From a virus (lineage: Duplodnaviria > Caudoviricetes), in IMG/VR virus record IMGVR_UViG_3300029288_000065, positions 169,960 through 233,959 of that record: a stretch of DNA of 64,000 nucleotides; one strand, written 5' to 3'. The position numbers and the translations under genes were made by a program. A model generated the notes under the pieces. The model saw nothing but the letters and a program-made list of their open reading frames with translations. It had not been told where the DNA came from and did not search any database. Every line of letters begins with the position of its first letter. The stretch's first letter is position 1. Positions 17,959 to 28,026 of this stretch are shown piece by piece.

Positions 17959-18278
17959 GCGCTCTCCTTGATTACCATCGGGTGCTTACTGGCCCCGCGA
18001 ACAATACCACAAAACTTTGTGGTATAAATCCCAAGCTCGTCAAACAACTTTGCTGTTTTGGATGTCCTGACCAGGATAGGAATCCTCTGCTGTTCTCGGA
18101 TTTGCCTCATTAGGAAAGCATCGGGACGCTCGTTAGTCTGAACTCCCTTCAGATCCAGACGAGTAATTTCGTCCCATATATATTCAAAGGATTCCTTGTC
18201 TACCACCAGCGAGGTGATTGGCTCTTCTTCAGTTGGCTCCGAAACCAGGTGGGAGGTGATAGATTCAAGCTTCAGCAT
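17955..18278 (-). CDS. Hypothetical protein, possibly related to 46693/49029/56908
   Basis: LVVDKESFEYIWDEI...RIPIL; RBS AAGGAG. Confidence 0.7.
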   Translation of the reverse strand: MLKLESITSHLVSEPTEEEPITSLVVDKESFEYIWDEITRLDLKGVQTNERPDAFLMRQIREQQRIPILVRTSKTAKLFDELGIYTTKFCGIVRGASKHPMVIKESA

Positions 18279-18300
18279 GTGATTCTCCTTGGCACGTCAT

Positions 18301-19038
18301 TTAGAGGTCAAGGACCCGATGCCCCAACGCGGCGAACTTGGCAACGACCTGCTGGCTAGCGCCAGCTTCTGCGACAGTAGAATAGACCTCCTGCATGACC
18401 GGAGCGACGCTCTGCTCGTTCTCGTCTTCGTCGTCTCCGAGGTTAAGTTTGCGTGCCCCGATAGCAGCAAACTTAACCGACATTACTTCCTTGACCTTAC
18501 TGTACAACCGCTTGAGGTAGGCACGTACTGCTTCGACAAACTTATGCCCTTCTCCGGAGGCTACGTCTGCTCTACCAAATTTGATCTTTCGTCCTTCTTC
18601 TTGTATCTCACCCTCGAGAATCAAGGAATCGGTCTTGTTCAGCAAGAGCCGAGTAGTTTCCTTGGTCCAACTATTAAGGATTTCTACGTAGACGTACCTG
18701 GTGGGATCATAGTTACCAATAAACGTGAGATTATTCCCCATCCTGGACACCCATTGAATCCGACCGATCTTGTTCTGGGTACCCAATTCCTGGGCAGTCT
18801 TGACTTCCTGCTGAAGCTGTTCAGAGGTGACCAGCTTGTAGCCCTTTGCTTCCTTTTCAGCTACTTTCTTGTCAATGAATCGGTCGCGGGCGCTTTGGCT
18901 TCCGAAGTCTTTGATTTGTTCTTGGCCGGTTTCTCCGACTCGTCCCCATTGGATTCGGACTTGGTCGCTGCCGATTTCTTCATAACTCCATGACTTGTTG
19001 TGATGGTCCTCCTGGCAGACGTAATTGTGTTTTGCCAT
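18301..19038 (-). CDS. WGR domain protein with a repeated KFAA.G.R.L.L tail
   Basis: HNKSW...VRIQWGRVGETGQ...KVAEKEAKGY; KFAAIGARKLNL and KFAALGHRVLDL. Confidence 0.85.
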   Translation of the reverse strand: MAKHNYVCQEDHHNKSWSYEEIGSDQVRIQWGRVGETGQEQIKDFGSQSARDRFIDKKVAEKEAKGYKLVTSEQLQQEVKTAQELGTQNKIGRIQWVSRMGNNLTFIGNYDPTRYVYVEILNSWTKETTRLLLNKTDSLILEGEIQEEGRKIKFGRADVASGEGHKFVEAVRAYLKRLYSKVKEVMSVKFAAIGARKLNLGDDEDENEQSVAPVMQEVYSTVAEAGASQQVVAKFAALGHRVLDL

Positions 19039-19393
19039 CTTCCTGTCTCCTTTTTTCGTGTGGACAAATACCATAAATATTCTTGGCACAGTTACAATTC
19101 CAACATAATGGTTGGAGATCTTTTGGAAAATTATTCTTAATTACCCACCTATAGAAAGCATCTCCTCCAGCTTTTGGTCTTCCTAATTGCTTCCTGTGTT
19201 CGGCACCATTGTTGTTTATATGGTCCAGGGTTAAGAAGTCAATTCCCTCTCCACAACAAACACATTTTCTTCCATAATGATTAAAAACTATTTCTCTCAA
19301 TTTAAAAAGATGGAGGAAAGAACATCCAGAAGAGTTTTGTCTTATTTCTCCAAGACCTTGTTTTCGTCCAACTTCTTCCCATCCTTTACCCAA
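18980..19393 (-). CDS. HNH endonuclease paralog, nuclease domain only (start uncertain, possibly truncated)
   Basis: HYGRKCVCCGE..DFLTLDHINNNG..HRK...LCWNCN...CPH; similar to the C-terminal half of 16787-17404. Confidence 0.75.
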   Translation of the reverse strand: MGKGWEEVGRKQGLGEIRQNSSGCSFLHLFKLREIVFNHYGRKCVCCGEGIDFLTLDHINNNGAEHRKQLGRPKAGGDAFYRWVIKNNFPKDLQPLCWNCNCAKNIYGICPHEKRRQEDGKTQLRLPGGPSQQVMEL

Positions 19394-19593
19394 TAAACCG
19401 AATTCTGTCCAGGCAATGATTGCTGACTATACCCCTGCTCCATGGCCTTCTCTCTAATCATCCTCTCCCCATGATTATAAGAGATAACTATTGCGGTAAT
19501 GCATACGCCAATAATAAGAATACCAAACACGACCCAAAATTCTTGTTGTTTGACGAGAGAGTTCCAAAATCCCTTTTCTTCTTCTTGTGCCAT
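19342..19593 (-). CDS. Small membrane protein
   Basis: Single hydrophobic segment FWVVFGILIIGVCITAIVI. Confidence 0.7.
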   Translation of the reverse strand: MAQEEEKGFWNSLVKQQEFWVVFGILIIGVCITAIVISYNHGERMIREKAMEQGYSQQSLPGQNSVYWVKDGKKLDENKVLEK

Positions 19594-20066
19594 TACTTCC
19601 TCACTTTCTTGGCTTGTTCCATCAGAATCTCTGAAACTTCAGCGATGTTTCCTACGTTTATTACCTTCCCTTTCATGTCCCAGAAAGTCTTCGTCTCAGG
19701 GTCAAATAAAAAAGGCATCCTGGTAATATTGCACTTCCCTTTCAGAACAATCAACAATAGTCCAGCAATACCAAGAGAAGCATCTGGTGATGCCAATTCC
19801 TCCGTTACAATCCTTAGATTGGTTAATCCTACTATATTGTCGTTGCCGAAGTTCCTTCCCTTCAGTTTTAATGCCGTTCGTTTCTCTAAGAACTTTAGGA
19901 AATTGCTTTTGAGACTCACCTCATAAAATGGTGCATCAATATCACTTTTGTTTAAGGTAATAACAGAATCGGCTCCGTATCCTAGTTTCTTGAGACTTAT
20001 ACTAACCTTTCCATTCCCCAAGTCCTCATAACAAGACATATATTCTTCAAGGAGCTTCGGTCTCAT
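19593..20066 (-). CDS. ELAxP-subfamily protein
   Basis: TEELASPDASL...FLFDPETKTFW...NIAEV. Confidence 0.65.
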   Translation of the reverse strand: MRPKLLEEYMSCYEDLGNGKVSISLKKLGYGADSVITLNKSDIDAPFYEVSLKSNFLKFLEKRTALKLKGRNFGNDNIVGLTNLRIVTEELASPDASLGIAGLLLIVLKGKCNITRMPFLFDPETKTFWDMKGKVINVGNIAEVSEILMEQAKKVRK

Positions 20067-20739
20067 CTTCCCTCTCCAATCCCAAGTATTGTAGACCGAA
20101 TGGATGTTTCATTATACCATTGTCTACGCAACCGTTGGGGTCAGGAAGGATAACTCTCAGGATTGGGCGGTCGGTCTCAGTGAAACCAGCTTTGAATGTG
20201 ATTGGATATTCACCAAGTAACGAGTAGTCACGTTCACCTGGCAGAAAAACTTTTCCATTCTTGATTTGGTTTGTGAGATTATGGAGAATCTCATTTGCCA
20301 TCTTATTTGGTAGTGGAACTACGATTTGGAGATCAAGATGATTCCATTTCTCCTTGATACCATGAGTATGGATATTTACCATTTGATGTTTATAACCTTC
20401 GCCTACATAATGGGCAAACCATCCAAACTTTTCAATACATTCTTTTTCCCATCTATCTTGTTCTTCATTTCCATACTTGCAGCGTGCACATTCACATTCC
20501 TCTTTTTCACACCCACATTCTTCTTCAGGTGCTTCTTCCAGGACAATTTTGCTGTTGACTTTTACAGCAATGTCGCCCATTGTCTTGGCTACCAAGATTT
20601 TATTCCCGTTTGGCATGACTACCATAACGGGGGAAGTATCAATTGTTTCTTCTGTAACTGGAGCTGCCAATCTTTTGAATTCGTTGATTTCGTCCAGTGT
20701 GAATCCTGTTTTCCTTAGGTTTTTAATGTTTACCTTCAA
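20047..20739 (-). CDS. DUF4262-like domain protein
   Basis: IEKFGWFAHYV...NIHTHGI...HLDLQIV...LRVILPDPNG. Confidence 0.55.
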   Translation of the reverse strand: MKVNIKNLRKTGFTLDEINEFKRLAAPVTEETIDTSPVMVVMPNGNKILVAKTMGDIAVKVNSKIVLEEAPEEECGCEKEECECARCKYGNEEQDRWEKECIEKFGWFAHYVGEGYKHQMVNIHTHGIKEKWNHLDLQIVVPLPNKMANEILHNLTNQIKNGKVFLPGERDYSLLGEYPITFKAGFTETDRPILRVILPDPNGCVDNGIMKHPFGLQYLGLEREDETEAP

Positions 20740-21382
20740 GCTTTGTCCCTTTCTTCTTTTGTTTTTGAAGGGTCTTTCTAAGTGCCATGATATCCTTAAA
20801 CCACCGTTTACTTCCGCCGTGAGACAATATCCATTTTGAATCTTCGTCGAAATTAATATCCCCTAGTGATGTATCACTTACCATGTTTTGGAATGCGGAA
20901 ATAACTCCCAAATTTTGTATTTGTTCCAATATCCAGTCACAGACTATTAAATCAACTTTTGGGTCTGCCAAATAGAATGATATTTCTTTTAATTCATGAC
21001 TTTCGCCTTGTCCATCCTCTGCTTCTCCAGAAAAGGTTATACATCCGTTTTTGAAACAGACGTCGAACTTTATATCTGTACCATCTTTACTGTTATATTC
21101 TACACCCCACCAATTTTCGTCTCGATCGTCATCAAATCCAAAATCAACTTTTCTCAGTGGAGATAATAGATACTCAAGGATCTTTCTTTGTTGCCCTCTT
21201 ACTTTCTCCCGTTCTTCTTCTTGTTTCCTTTTAGCGTCTTCTTTACATTTCGGACATACCTGTATATGGTGTCCGTCTTGCGTGACTCTCTGATATCCGC
21301 ATTTTGTGCATTTGAAATATCGTAGTGATAATTCTCCGTGTTTTTTTAGTAATTCGATTGCTTGTGTGATTGGGTCGACCAT
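20723..21382 (-). CDS. Zn-ribbon plus DP-motif protein (paralog of 62140-62799)
   Basis: CTKC...CPKC; ISFYLADPKVDLIVCDWI. Confidence 0.75.
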   Translation of the reverse strand: MVDPITQAIELLKKHGELSLRYFKCTKCGYQRVTQDGHHIQVCPKCKEDAKRKQEEEREKVRGQQRKILEYLLSPLRKVDFGFDDDRDENWWGVEYNSKDGTDIKFDVCFKNGCITFSGEAEDGQGESHELKEISFYLADPKVDLIVCDWILEQIQNLGVISAFQNMVSDTSLGDINFDEDSKWILSHGGSKRWFKDIMALRKTLQKQKKKGTKLEGKH

Positions 21383-21390
21383 TTTCCCTC

Positions 21391-21888
21391 CTAGCGGTAC
21401 TTATCCCTGAGTTCCTGCAGCTCAAGAATGGCCTTGTCTAACTGGGATATAACATATTCCTTGGCGATACCATCTATTCTTGGATGGATAGACTTTACAT
21501 CAAATAATACTCCGTTCGCTGAAATGGTCCCACCAGAATGTCCAGCTGATCCGGCACCACAAGTGGTAACTGTTGTAACTCCGGAAGTGGTGGTGACTCC
21601 TCCAGGCAGGTGTTGTGTATATTTCTTCTTGTGACTCTTCTCTGAATCGAGGAACATATATGAGATTCCATTTAGGTTAGAGCCGAAGCCTGTGTTTTTG
21701 AGATCGAATCTTGGCCAATATCTCTTTTGATGACCATTGGCATTTCGTGGTCCATGGTACTTGGCTGCGACTTGGTAAGTCTCGCCCTTGTAGATGACCT
21801 TGTCACCAACGGTGATGTGGCTGGCTTGATTTCTCTTCATTCTAGTCTCCTTTTCAGGGGTAATACCACCGTTGGGTTTGATTAGCAA
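21391..21888 (-). CDS. Hypothetical protein with an SH3-like N-terminus
   Basis: ITVGDKVIYKGETYQV; likely start MKRNQ with AAGGAG. Confidence 0.6.
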   Translation of the reverse strand: MLIKPNGGITPEKETRMKRNQASHITVGDKVIYKGETYQVAAKYHGPRNANGHQKRYWPRFDLKNTGFGSNLNGISYMFLDSEKSHKKKYTQHLPGGVTTTSGVTTVTTCGAGSAGHSGGTISANGVLFDVKSIHPRIDGIAKEYVISQLDKAILELQELRDKYR

Positions 21889-22436
21889 TTAAATGCGTTG
21901 ATGAAGAAATCCTGATTTGATGCGGTAAATAGTTTACCTCTACTAGTATAAAATTTTCCATCTTTTAGGGTTAGATGGCATTTCCTCCTTGACATTGTTA
22001 TAGTTCCATATGGTGTTTGGGATGTCATATATCTTGTCATGAATACCAATTCTGGATTAGTCTTGGGATTGGCCAGATCTTCATTCTCTTTTACTGATAA
22101 TCTCATTTTCATTTCAAGAATGAAATTGGTACCATTTGGCACCTTTAGAGTCTGGAGGATTTTGTGTTGTTTTCGTTTGAGTGTCACTATAATTCCATTT
22201 TTGATCTTTTGAATCTTTGCATTATATTTCCTTTGGTAATCCGGACCGGTTGTAGATCCCTTAAATCCTGATTCGAATACCCATCTCTCTTTTTCTTGAA
22301 GTCCTTTTACATTATGAGGAGTTATGATTTTACATCTATAAATATCTCTTCCTCTTGGTGCTATTTTACTTACAACTGTATTGATACACATTTCAGAATA
22401 ATCAATCGTAAACACAGCATCAAATTTTTCTTCCAT
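21882..22436 (-). CDS. ELAxP-subfamily protein (paralog of 41465-42127)
   Basis: EDLANPKTNPELVFMTRYM...LTLKDGKFY...FTASNQDFF. Confidence 0.75.
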   Translation of the reverse strand: MEEKFDAVFTIDYSEMCINTVVSKIAPRGRDIYRCKIITPHNVKGLQEKERWVFESGFKGSTTGPDYQRKYNAKIQKIKNGIIVTLKRKQHKILQTLKVPNGTNFILEMKMRLSVKENEDLANPKTNPELVFMTRYMTSQTPYGTITMSRRKCHLTLKDGKFYTSRGKLFTASNQDFFINAFNC

Positions 22437-22446
22437 TTTTAAACTC

Positions 22447-22725
22447 CTACAACCAGGTTTCTACTATGCGTGGGTCATCTCCTTCCTGACGTGGTATACA
22501 GGTGAGACCATATGGTTCTAGGAAAGCGCGTACTTCTGCGAGTGTTTTACCAGTTAGGCACAGAGTCATTGGTCTTGCGGTACCATTACCAATTATGAAT
22601 GGTCTTGCTACGAATAATTCTGGGAAATCGCTTGGTTTCTCATAGACTGTCCAAATCAGCATCCGAGGGGCAGCGGGATCTCCCGCTGCCCCTCCATCTT
22701 TGCTACTAGCTGGCTGCAGCGCCAT
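22447..22725 (-). CDS. Conserved phage hypothetical protein
   Basis: WTVYEKPSDFP..FVAR...R...DDPRIVETWL pattern recalled from phage proteins. Confidence 0.7.
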   Translation of the reverse strand: MALQPASSKDGGAAGDPAAPRMLIWTVYEKPSDFPELFVARPFIIGNGTARPMTLCLTGKTLAEVRAFLEPYGLTCIPRQEGDDPRIVETWL

Positions 22726-23683
22726 CCTTCTTTTCCTCTTCCTTTACCTGGACAGATTCATCGTCGCCCAGATCGATGTGCCGCACGCCGAGAATCTTTT
22801 TCTCCATATCAGCCAACGACGTCTGATAGGAGCTGATGTCGGCAACGACGCCACCAGCATGGAATCCTTCAAGACGATTCAGCAACTTCTTGAGGCGGTT
22901 TACCCGCGTGGACGACCACACCTTCGTCACTTCCTTATCGTCCTTCAGGACAGCCTCAAGGTCCTTTTCCAACTGGCCGAACTCGTCGTTGAAGTCCTCA
23001 ACGAGGGCATTCTTCAGGATCTGTTTGCTCGCTTCGACTGCCGGGATGGGCGCGAAGTCCAACCGCGAACCACCACCGAAATCAGCAATCAATGCCGCTA
23101 CGTTGTCCAGGACAGACTTGTAACCAGCCGGGACAAAGTAGACTGATCCTTGTGTTCGGAGGGAGATGATATCAGCAGAGTCACGGAAGATCTTCTGGAC
23201 GTATCGGGTAACGTCAGAGGACTTGTAGGTCTGCTTGTGTTGGTCAAAGAGCTTGACAATGGCATCCTTGATTGCAGGCTTGCCCTTGATGATTGACTTG
23301 GCGAAATCACCGTTGTTCCGGTATTCCACCTTATCAATGACGATCAGGGTTTCCTTGTCATATTCCAGTGCCTTGTCACCACCGACTTCCTTGATGACTT
23401 TCTCGGAAGTGAATTGGTAGGTGAGCCGGAAGTCGTCTTCTTCGACCTTCCGGATGATTCGGTTTGCTTCCATTTCGCGGAGGGCGCGAATGAAGGCAGA
23501 TCGGTAATTATGCTCCCTGGCGTATTTCTTGTTGATGCCGTGGTCTTCCAGGAGTTTTTCGAATTGGGCTTTGGTCATGTGGACGTTATTGACATTCCAC
23601 CAGACCATGAAGCCATAGATTGTAAAGTTTTGGGTTCCTTGCTGGAGGGTGTCCAGCAACATACTCTTTGCTGCGTTTGACAT
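22706..23683 (-). CDS. DUF6744/DUF3150-like helical protein
   Basis: GFMVWW...AF.RA...SLR..GSVYFVP; tail LGVRHIDLGDDE; RBS AAGGAG. Confidence 0.55.
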   Translation of the reverse strand: MSNAAKSMLLDTLQQGTQNFTIYGFMVWWNVNNVHMTKAQFEKLLEDHGINKKYAREHNYRSAFIRALREMEANRIIRKVEEDDFRLTYQFTSEKVIKEVGGDKALEYDKETLIVIDKVEYRNNGDFAKSIIKGKPAIKDAIVKLFDQHKQTYKSSDVTRYVQKIFRDSADIISLRTQGSVYFVPAGYKSVLDNVAALIADFGGGSRLDFAPIPAVEASKQILKNALVEDFNDEFGQLEKDLEAVLKDDKEVTKVWSSTRVNRLKKLLNRLEGFHAGGVVADISSYQTSLADMEKKILGVRHIDLGDDESVQVKEEEKKDGAAAS

Positions 23684-23749
23684 TTCTGTCTCCTTTTCTT
23701 GAAAACATTTTGTATCATTCAATTTTATAGAAACAATTTTCTCTCGCTG

Positions 23750-24460
23750 TTACTTCCTCCTTTCTTTGTTCCCGAGTAGGATAGGTATAGCATTTTGGAA
23801 ATTATATATGATATCAAACATATCCTTTTCGAAATTGGGGCTAGCCATCTCGATCTGGCATACATCCTCCAAATGGACATAAGAACTCCTACCACCACCA
23901 GAAGTATACTGAACCTCGACCTTGACGAAAGTCGAATTATCAATTGGAGAGAATTTCAATTCAAACCAATTACATTCAATCAAGAAACCACCAGAATGCC
24001 GCCTGAAGCCCATTTTATGCTGATCGAAAATATTCCGGAGAACATCAATTGGTGTCTTGATCGTTTTCCGGCGCTTTTCTCTTTCTGCTTCCAATTCTTC
24101 GTTTTTGAGTTTACATAATTGCCTATACTTTCCAATCGTGATCAATTTTGGTGTTACCAGGAGAGTACTATTTGATGCCCAAAAATAATAATATATTCCT
24201 TTTACTTTGAAGAATCTGTTGTGCCATTTGTCACCAATAAATCCTTCATCATATTCATTGTGGGATCTACTATAGTAGCCGTCATTTTTGCATCGTTTGA
24301 TTTCTACTTCTTTAACTCCAGCATAGAAAGTTTGGGCTTCTGGCATAAGTTCCCAACTTTCATTTCGTCTGCCTTCGAACTTTAGTTCTAAGATAGTAGT
24401 TATTCCTAATTCTTTCATCAAGGCGGCGGTTGTCATGTTAGTATCTCCCAGACCGTCCAT
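23750..24460 (-). CDS. DP-motif family protein (SP variant)
   Basis: QIEMASPNFEKDMFDII. Confidence 0.65.
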   Translation of the reverse strand: MDGLGDTNMTTAALMKELGITTILELKFEGRRNESWELMPEAQTFYAGVKEVEIKRCKNDGYYSRSHNEYDEGFIGDKWHNRFFKVKGIYYYFWASNSTLLVTPKLITIGKYRQLCKLKNEELEAEREKRRKTIKTPIDVLRNIFDQHKMGFRRHSGGFLIECNWFELKFSPIDNSTFVKVEVQYTSGGGRSSYVHLEDVCQIEMASPNFEKDMFDIIYNFQNAIPILLGNKERRK

Positions 24461-24744
24461 TGTTTAGATTCTTCGTTGTAAAACGACTTTTTGATAAATT
24501 TGGATTTCTCAAAGATTTTTAATATTTGTTCACAGATTATTAGATCTTCTCCACCTACTTTTACTCTAAACTTAAAACTATAAAACCAGAGATAGAATTC
24601 TGCTAAGTTAAACTTCTTTTCACCATATTCTTTATTGGTACCCAATGATCGTAATTTCTTAACATGATTCTTCAACGTTTGGAATAATTTCTCTGGATCC
24701 CAGTTGGGATTTGCAAAATCACAAATATCAAAATCATCTATCAT
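24433..24744 (-). CDS. N-terminal DP-motif protein
   Basis: ICDFANPNWDPEKLFQTL...IFEKSKFI. Confidence 0.65.
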   Translation of the reverse strand: MIDDFDICDFANPNWDPEKLFQTLKNHVKKLRSLGTNKEYGEKKFNLAEFYLWFYSFKFRVKVGGEDLIICEQILKIFEKSKFIKKSFYNEESKQWTVWEILT

Positions 24745-24961
24745 TTTTTACCTCATTTAGTAACCAGGCATTCTTTTGTTCGATACCCTTAAAAAGGGGT
24801 AAAACCGTACCAATGATATAGGAAACCGCCTCTTTCCACCCAAGAATATAAAAAGGTAAGACGATAATCGCCGATGCGAGTGTAATGGTCCAAAAGAGAA
24901 GAAATAAAAGTAATGCACAAATGACACAGAAAATGCAATATAAAGAATTTATAATATTCAT
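24734..24961 (-). CDS. Small membrane protein
   Basis: Long hydrophobic N-terminal half. Confidence 0.55.
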   Translation of the reverse strand: MNIINSLYCIFCVICALLLFLLFWTITLASAIIVLPFYILGWKEAVSYIIGTVLPLFKGIEQKNAWLLNEVKNDR

Positions 24962-25248
24962 TATAGTTTCCTGTAGATAAGAGTATTCCCGATGACATAT
25001 TCCAATTCTTTAACGGTATCAGAACCATAACCGTAGCCAGTACCCCTCCGGTGGATACCCTTGTCCTCCACGTAAGTTGCCTCAATAGCAGTTGCTGCCA
25101 GCATTGTGATCTCATCAATCTGGTTTTTACTTACGTAGAACAATCTCACATAAGCACCAGATTTGTTAAATTGGACCAAATAATATACTTCACTGTGTGG
25201 TGGGAGCCACTCTTTGAGGATTTTTCGTGCTTCCTCTTTTGTCTTCAT
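24961..25248 (-). CDS. Phage hypothetical protein
   Basis: RBS AAGGAG; G.G.G.G motif near the C-terminus. Confidence 0.65.
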   Translation of the reverse strand: MKTKEEARKILKEWLPPHSEVYYLVQFNKSGAYVRLFYVSKNQIDEITMLAATAIEATYVEDKGIHRRGTGYGYGSDTVKELEYVIGNTLIYRKL

Positions 25249-25256
25249 GCGTCTCC

Positions 25257-26807
25257 TTAGAGTGACATCTGTCGACCAAATGACCGAGTGTCAACAGGAG
25301 CCTTGTCATCCCCTTCCAGGCGGCTTGCAGGGACGGCATTCTTCGCTGCCCAATTGGCCATATTGTTCAGTTGAGCAGTTGCCGACTTACTGAGAGGATT
25401 GGTACCATTAATACCACACAAAATGAAGTCAGTCGTCAGATCCTTATCAGCAGCAAACGCCTTATACAGGGCAGTGACAACCGATTCTTCCAATTCAGCA
25501 CCAGAGAAACCTTCGCTCTTCTTGCTCAACTCCTTGTAGTTGATCTTGGAAATCAGAGCTTCCCGTTTGAACTTCCTGGTGTGGATCTTCAGAATTTCTT
25601 CCCGTTCCTTATCCGAGGGGAGGCCGACGAAGAAGATCTCGTCGAACCGGCCTTTTCGGAGCAATTCGGGCATTGTATCCAGGATCGATTCGATCCTGTT
25701 GACGGTTGCCACGACGAAGGAAGGACTCTTCTTGTCTTGCATCCAGGTCAGGAAGGACCCGATTACGCGTTGAGTGGTGCCACCATCCGTGGACCCGCTC
25801 CCACCCATCCCGGAGAATGCCTTCTCCATTTCATCGACCCACACGACACAGTTCCCGATTGCGTCGATTGTGGAGAGGGCCAGTCGCATATTCTGTTCTG
25901 ATGCACCGACAAGGCCAGCGAAGATTCGTCCAATATCCAACCGAATGAGGGGAATCCCCATGATGTTGGATGCCACCTTGGCAGACAGGGACTTTCCGCA
26001 ACCAGGGAGACCAGCCAACACGATTCCTCGTGGCTTCGGCAATCCAAATTCTCGTGCTTTCTTGGTGAAGGCCTGTTTGCGCTCTGTGAAGAATGTCTTG
26101 ACATTCTCCAAGCCACCGATATCTCCGACATTCTCGGTTGCTTCGTAATACTCCAGGATGCCGCTCTTCTTGACGACCTGAGCCTTCTCTCGCATTACCA
26201 ACTTTGCAATTGACGGCTTTGGCTCTGGCATATCTTTCCTGCTGACCAGAGCTTTGGCGAAGGCATTTTCAGCTTCGATGGTGGTCAGACCCATTGCAGC
26301 TTGAATGATTTCGTCGTGCTCTTCCTGCGTGAGATTTCCGATTTTCTTCTTGTAGCCATCATAGATCAGCTTCCAGACTTTCTCGATTTCTTCCTTGGTG
26401 GGGAGTTCGAATTCGATCACGGTTACGTCGTGTTCGATGTCCGGAGACACCTTGTTGATTGGGGACACCATGATTAGGGTCTTGGCGTTCTGCTTGAAGT
26501 CCATTGCGATGTCTCGGAGGAGTCGGAGGACTCGCGGGACGTCGAAGTATTTGTGCAGATCGCGGAATACCCAAATCGATGATTCTTTGCTGTTCTTGAT
26601 GCTTTGGAGGGCTTCGATCGGGTCTTCAGTCGCTTCGTGATATTTGTTGTCAGGCGAGAAGAATCCGTCTGTGTGGGACCAGATGATGAGTGGTCGCTTG
26701 AGCGCTTGGGCTACGCCGAGAATGTTGAGTTCTGCGCGGCCTTCTTCGGGGGTGACGAGGTAGAGGACGGGGTAACCGGCGGACACGTAGTGATTGAGTT
26801 CTTGCAT
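25257..26807 (-). CDS. Ycf46-like AAA+ ATPase
   Basis: Degenerate N-terminal AAA (YPVLYL.T.EE.R, DLH), DIGGLENVK, Walker A GLPGCGKS, Walker B WVDEMEK, PELLRKGRFDEIFFV, FSGAELE. Confidence 0.9.
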   Translation of the reverse strand: MQELNHYVSAGYPVLYLVTPEEGRAELNILGVAQALKRPLIIWSHTDGFFSPDNKYHEATEDPIEALQSIKNSKESSIWVFRDLHKYFDVPRVLRLLRDIAMDFKQNAKTLIMVSPINKVSPDIEHDVTVIEFELPTKEEIEKVWKLIYDGYKKKIGNLTQEEHDEIIQAAMGLTTIEAENAFAKALVSRKDMPEPKPSIAKLVMREKAQVVKKSGILEYYEATENVGDIGGLENVKTFFTERKQAFTKKAREFGLPKPRGIVLAGLPGCGKSLSAKVASNIMGIPLIRLDIGRIFAGLVGASEQNMRLALSTIDAIGNCVVWVDEMEKAFSGMGGSGSTDGGTTQRVIGSFLTWMQDKKSPSFVVATVNRIESILDTMPELLRKGRFDEIFFVGLPSDKEREEILKIHTRKFKREALISKINYKELSKKSEGFSGAELEESVVTALYKAFAADKDLTTDFILCGINGTNPLSKSATAQLNNMANWAAKNAVPASRLEGDDKAPVDTRSFGRQMSL

Positions 26808-26843
26808 TGTTCGCTCCTTGTGAGTGTTTCTTCTATCGCGGTT

Positions 26844-27179
26844 TTAAAGAGGAATAATTCCATTCGACTTGCGACGTTCTTGCATCTTGCGTAATCCTTC
26901 TATATGTCTTGCCCGAAATTCATTGACCTGGAATAAATCGTTTATAACCGCATCCACTACTTTCTCTACACTAAAATCATTGGGGTCTCTAATATCAAAA
27001 TCTATAGTATTATAACATCCACAACGACATACCGAAAAAGTTGGTGGGTCTATATTCAATTGCCATTCTTCATCCATAAATCCTATAATTATATCACATC
27101 CTTCAGTATCACCGAGATCAAATCCATATTTCAATAGTTCCTTGACACATGCTTTTAAAATCTTTTTGGAGTCGCTCAC
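26844..27179 (-). CDS. DP-motif family protein
   Basis: IDFDIRDPNDFSVEKVVDAVI. Confidence 0.7.
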   Translation of the reverse strand: MSDSKKILKACVKELLKYGFDLGDTEGCDIIIGFMDEEWQLNIDPPTFSVCRCGCYNTIDFDIRDPNDFSVEKVVDAVINDLFQVNEFRARHIEGLRKMQERRKSNGIIPL

Positions 27180-27412
27180 ATGCTGAGATGAGGATCTTCC
27201 TCATCTTGTCTCCGAATAGTAATTTTTCTACCCCAGACGTTATCAAATAGTTCAGGTTCTTTTGATTTTTCCAACATTCTTAGAACTACCTGAAGTTGTT
27301 CAACCCCTCCCATTTTTTCAGCGAATTCCTGCACTGCTTGAATATATTCCTTTGATTTTGGGTCACGAACTTTGGTGTGTACTCTGACTAAACTTATTGG
27401 TAATTTGGTCAT
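27176..27412 (-). CDS. Hypothetical protein
   Basis: Translationally coupled ORF. Confidence 0.6.
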   Translation of the reverse strand: MTKLPISLVRVHTKVRDPKSKEYIQAVQEFAEKMGGVEQLQVVLRMLEKSKEPELFDNVWGRKITIRRQDEEDPHLSM

Positions 27413-27666
27413 TTGATTTTCCTTTTCTTCCCATTTGGCATGATCACAAATAAATGGTCGTATCTGTCTTTTACGTCTTCAGCAAGTTCGTTGATTTCTA
27501 TCAATGATTCCCTTTCATCAATAGGAATGACGTTGTTGTTTACGTCGTCCATACCTATCAACTTATAAGTACCGTCCGATACTCTCCCTCCTCGTTTTTC
27601 TAGCGCGTCGGCTATTCTCCTTAGTAGGGCGTTGTTTTCTTCCAACAATTTTATGACTTTGTCCAT
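27409..27666 (-). CDS. Hypothetical protein
   Basis: Coupled ORF with N-terminal coiled coil. Confidence 0.65.
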   Translation of the reverse strand: MDKVIKLLEENNALLRRIADALEKRGGRVSDGTYKLIGMDDVNNNVIPIDERESLIEINELAEDVKDRYDHLFVIMPNGKKRKIK

Positions 27667-27672
27667 GTGTTC

Positions 27673-28026
27673 CTATCCCTTCATTGCCGATGCAATCGTT
27701 TCTGCTATTTGTTTGAATACTTTGGGATCACCTAGGTAGAACGTTATTTCAATTTTCTTACCAAATTCTCTTGTGAATATTTCATCGACCGTTTCTGCTG
27801 GCTCACGATCTCTAAATGGAAATTGTTTCTTTTCTCTATAATCAAGAATTATTTGATCTTTTCTGAATGATAGGAAGAATGCTATTCCGTCCATATAGAA
27901 TGCGGCGCTGGTGTCGCCAATATTAGCGGCATAATCTTCGATATCCAATTCCCTCATTGATTTACGAATTTCTGCTATTAGTTTATCCCAAATTCTTTGA
28001 ATAGACATTAATTCGTCGTAGTTCAT
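27673..28026 (-). CDS. DP-motif family protein
   Basis: ITFYLGDPKVFKQIAETI. Confidence 0.7.
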   Translation of the reverse strand: MNYDELMSIQRIWDKLIAEIRKSMRELDIEDYAANIGDTSAAFYMDGIAFFLSFRKDQIILDYREKKQFPFRDREPAETVDEIFTREFGKKIEITFYLGDPKVFKQIAETIASAMKG

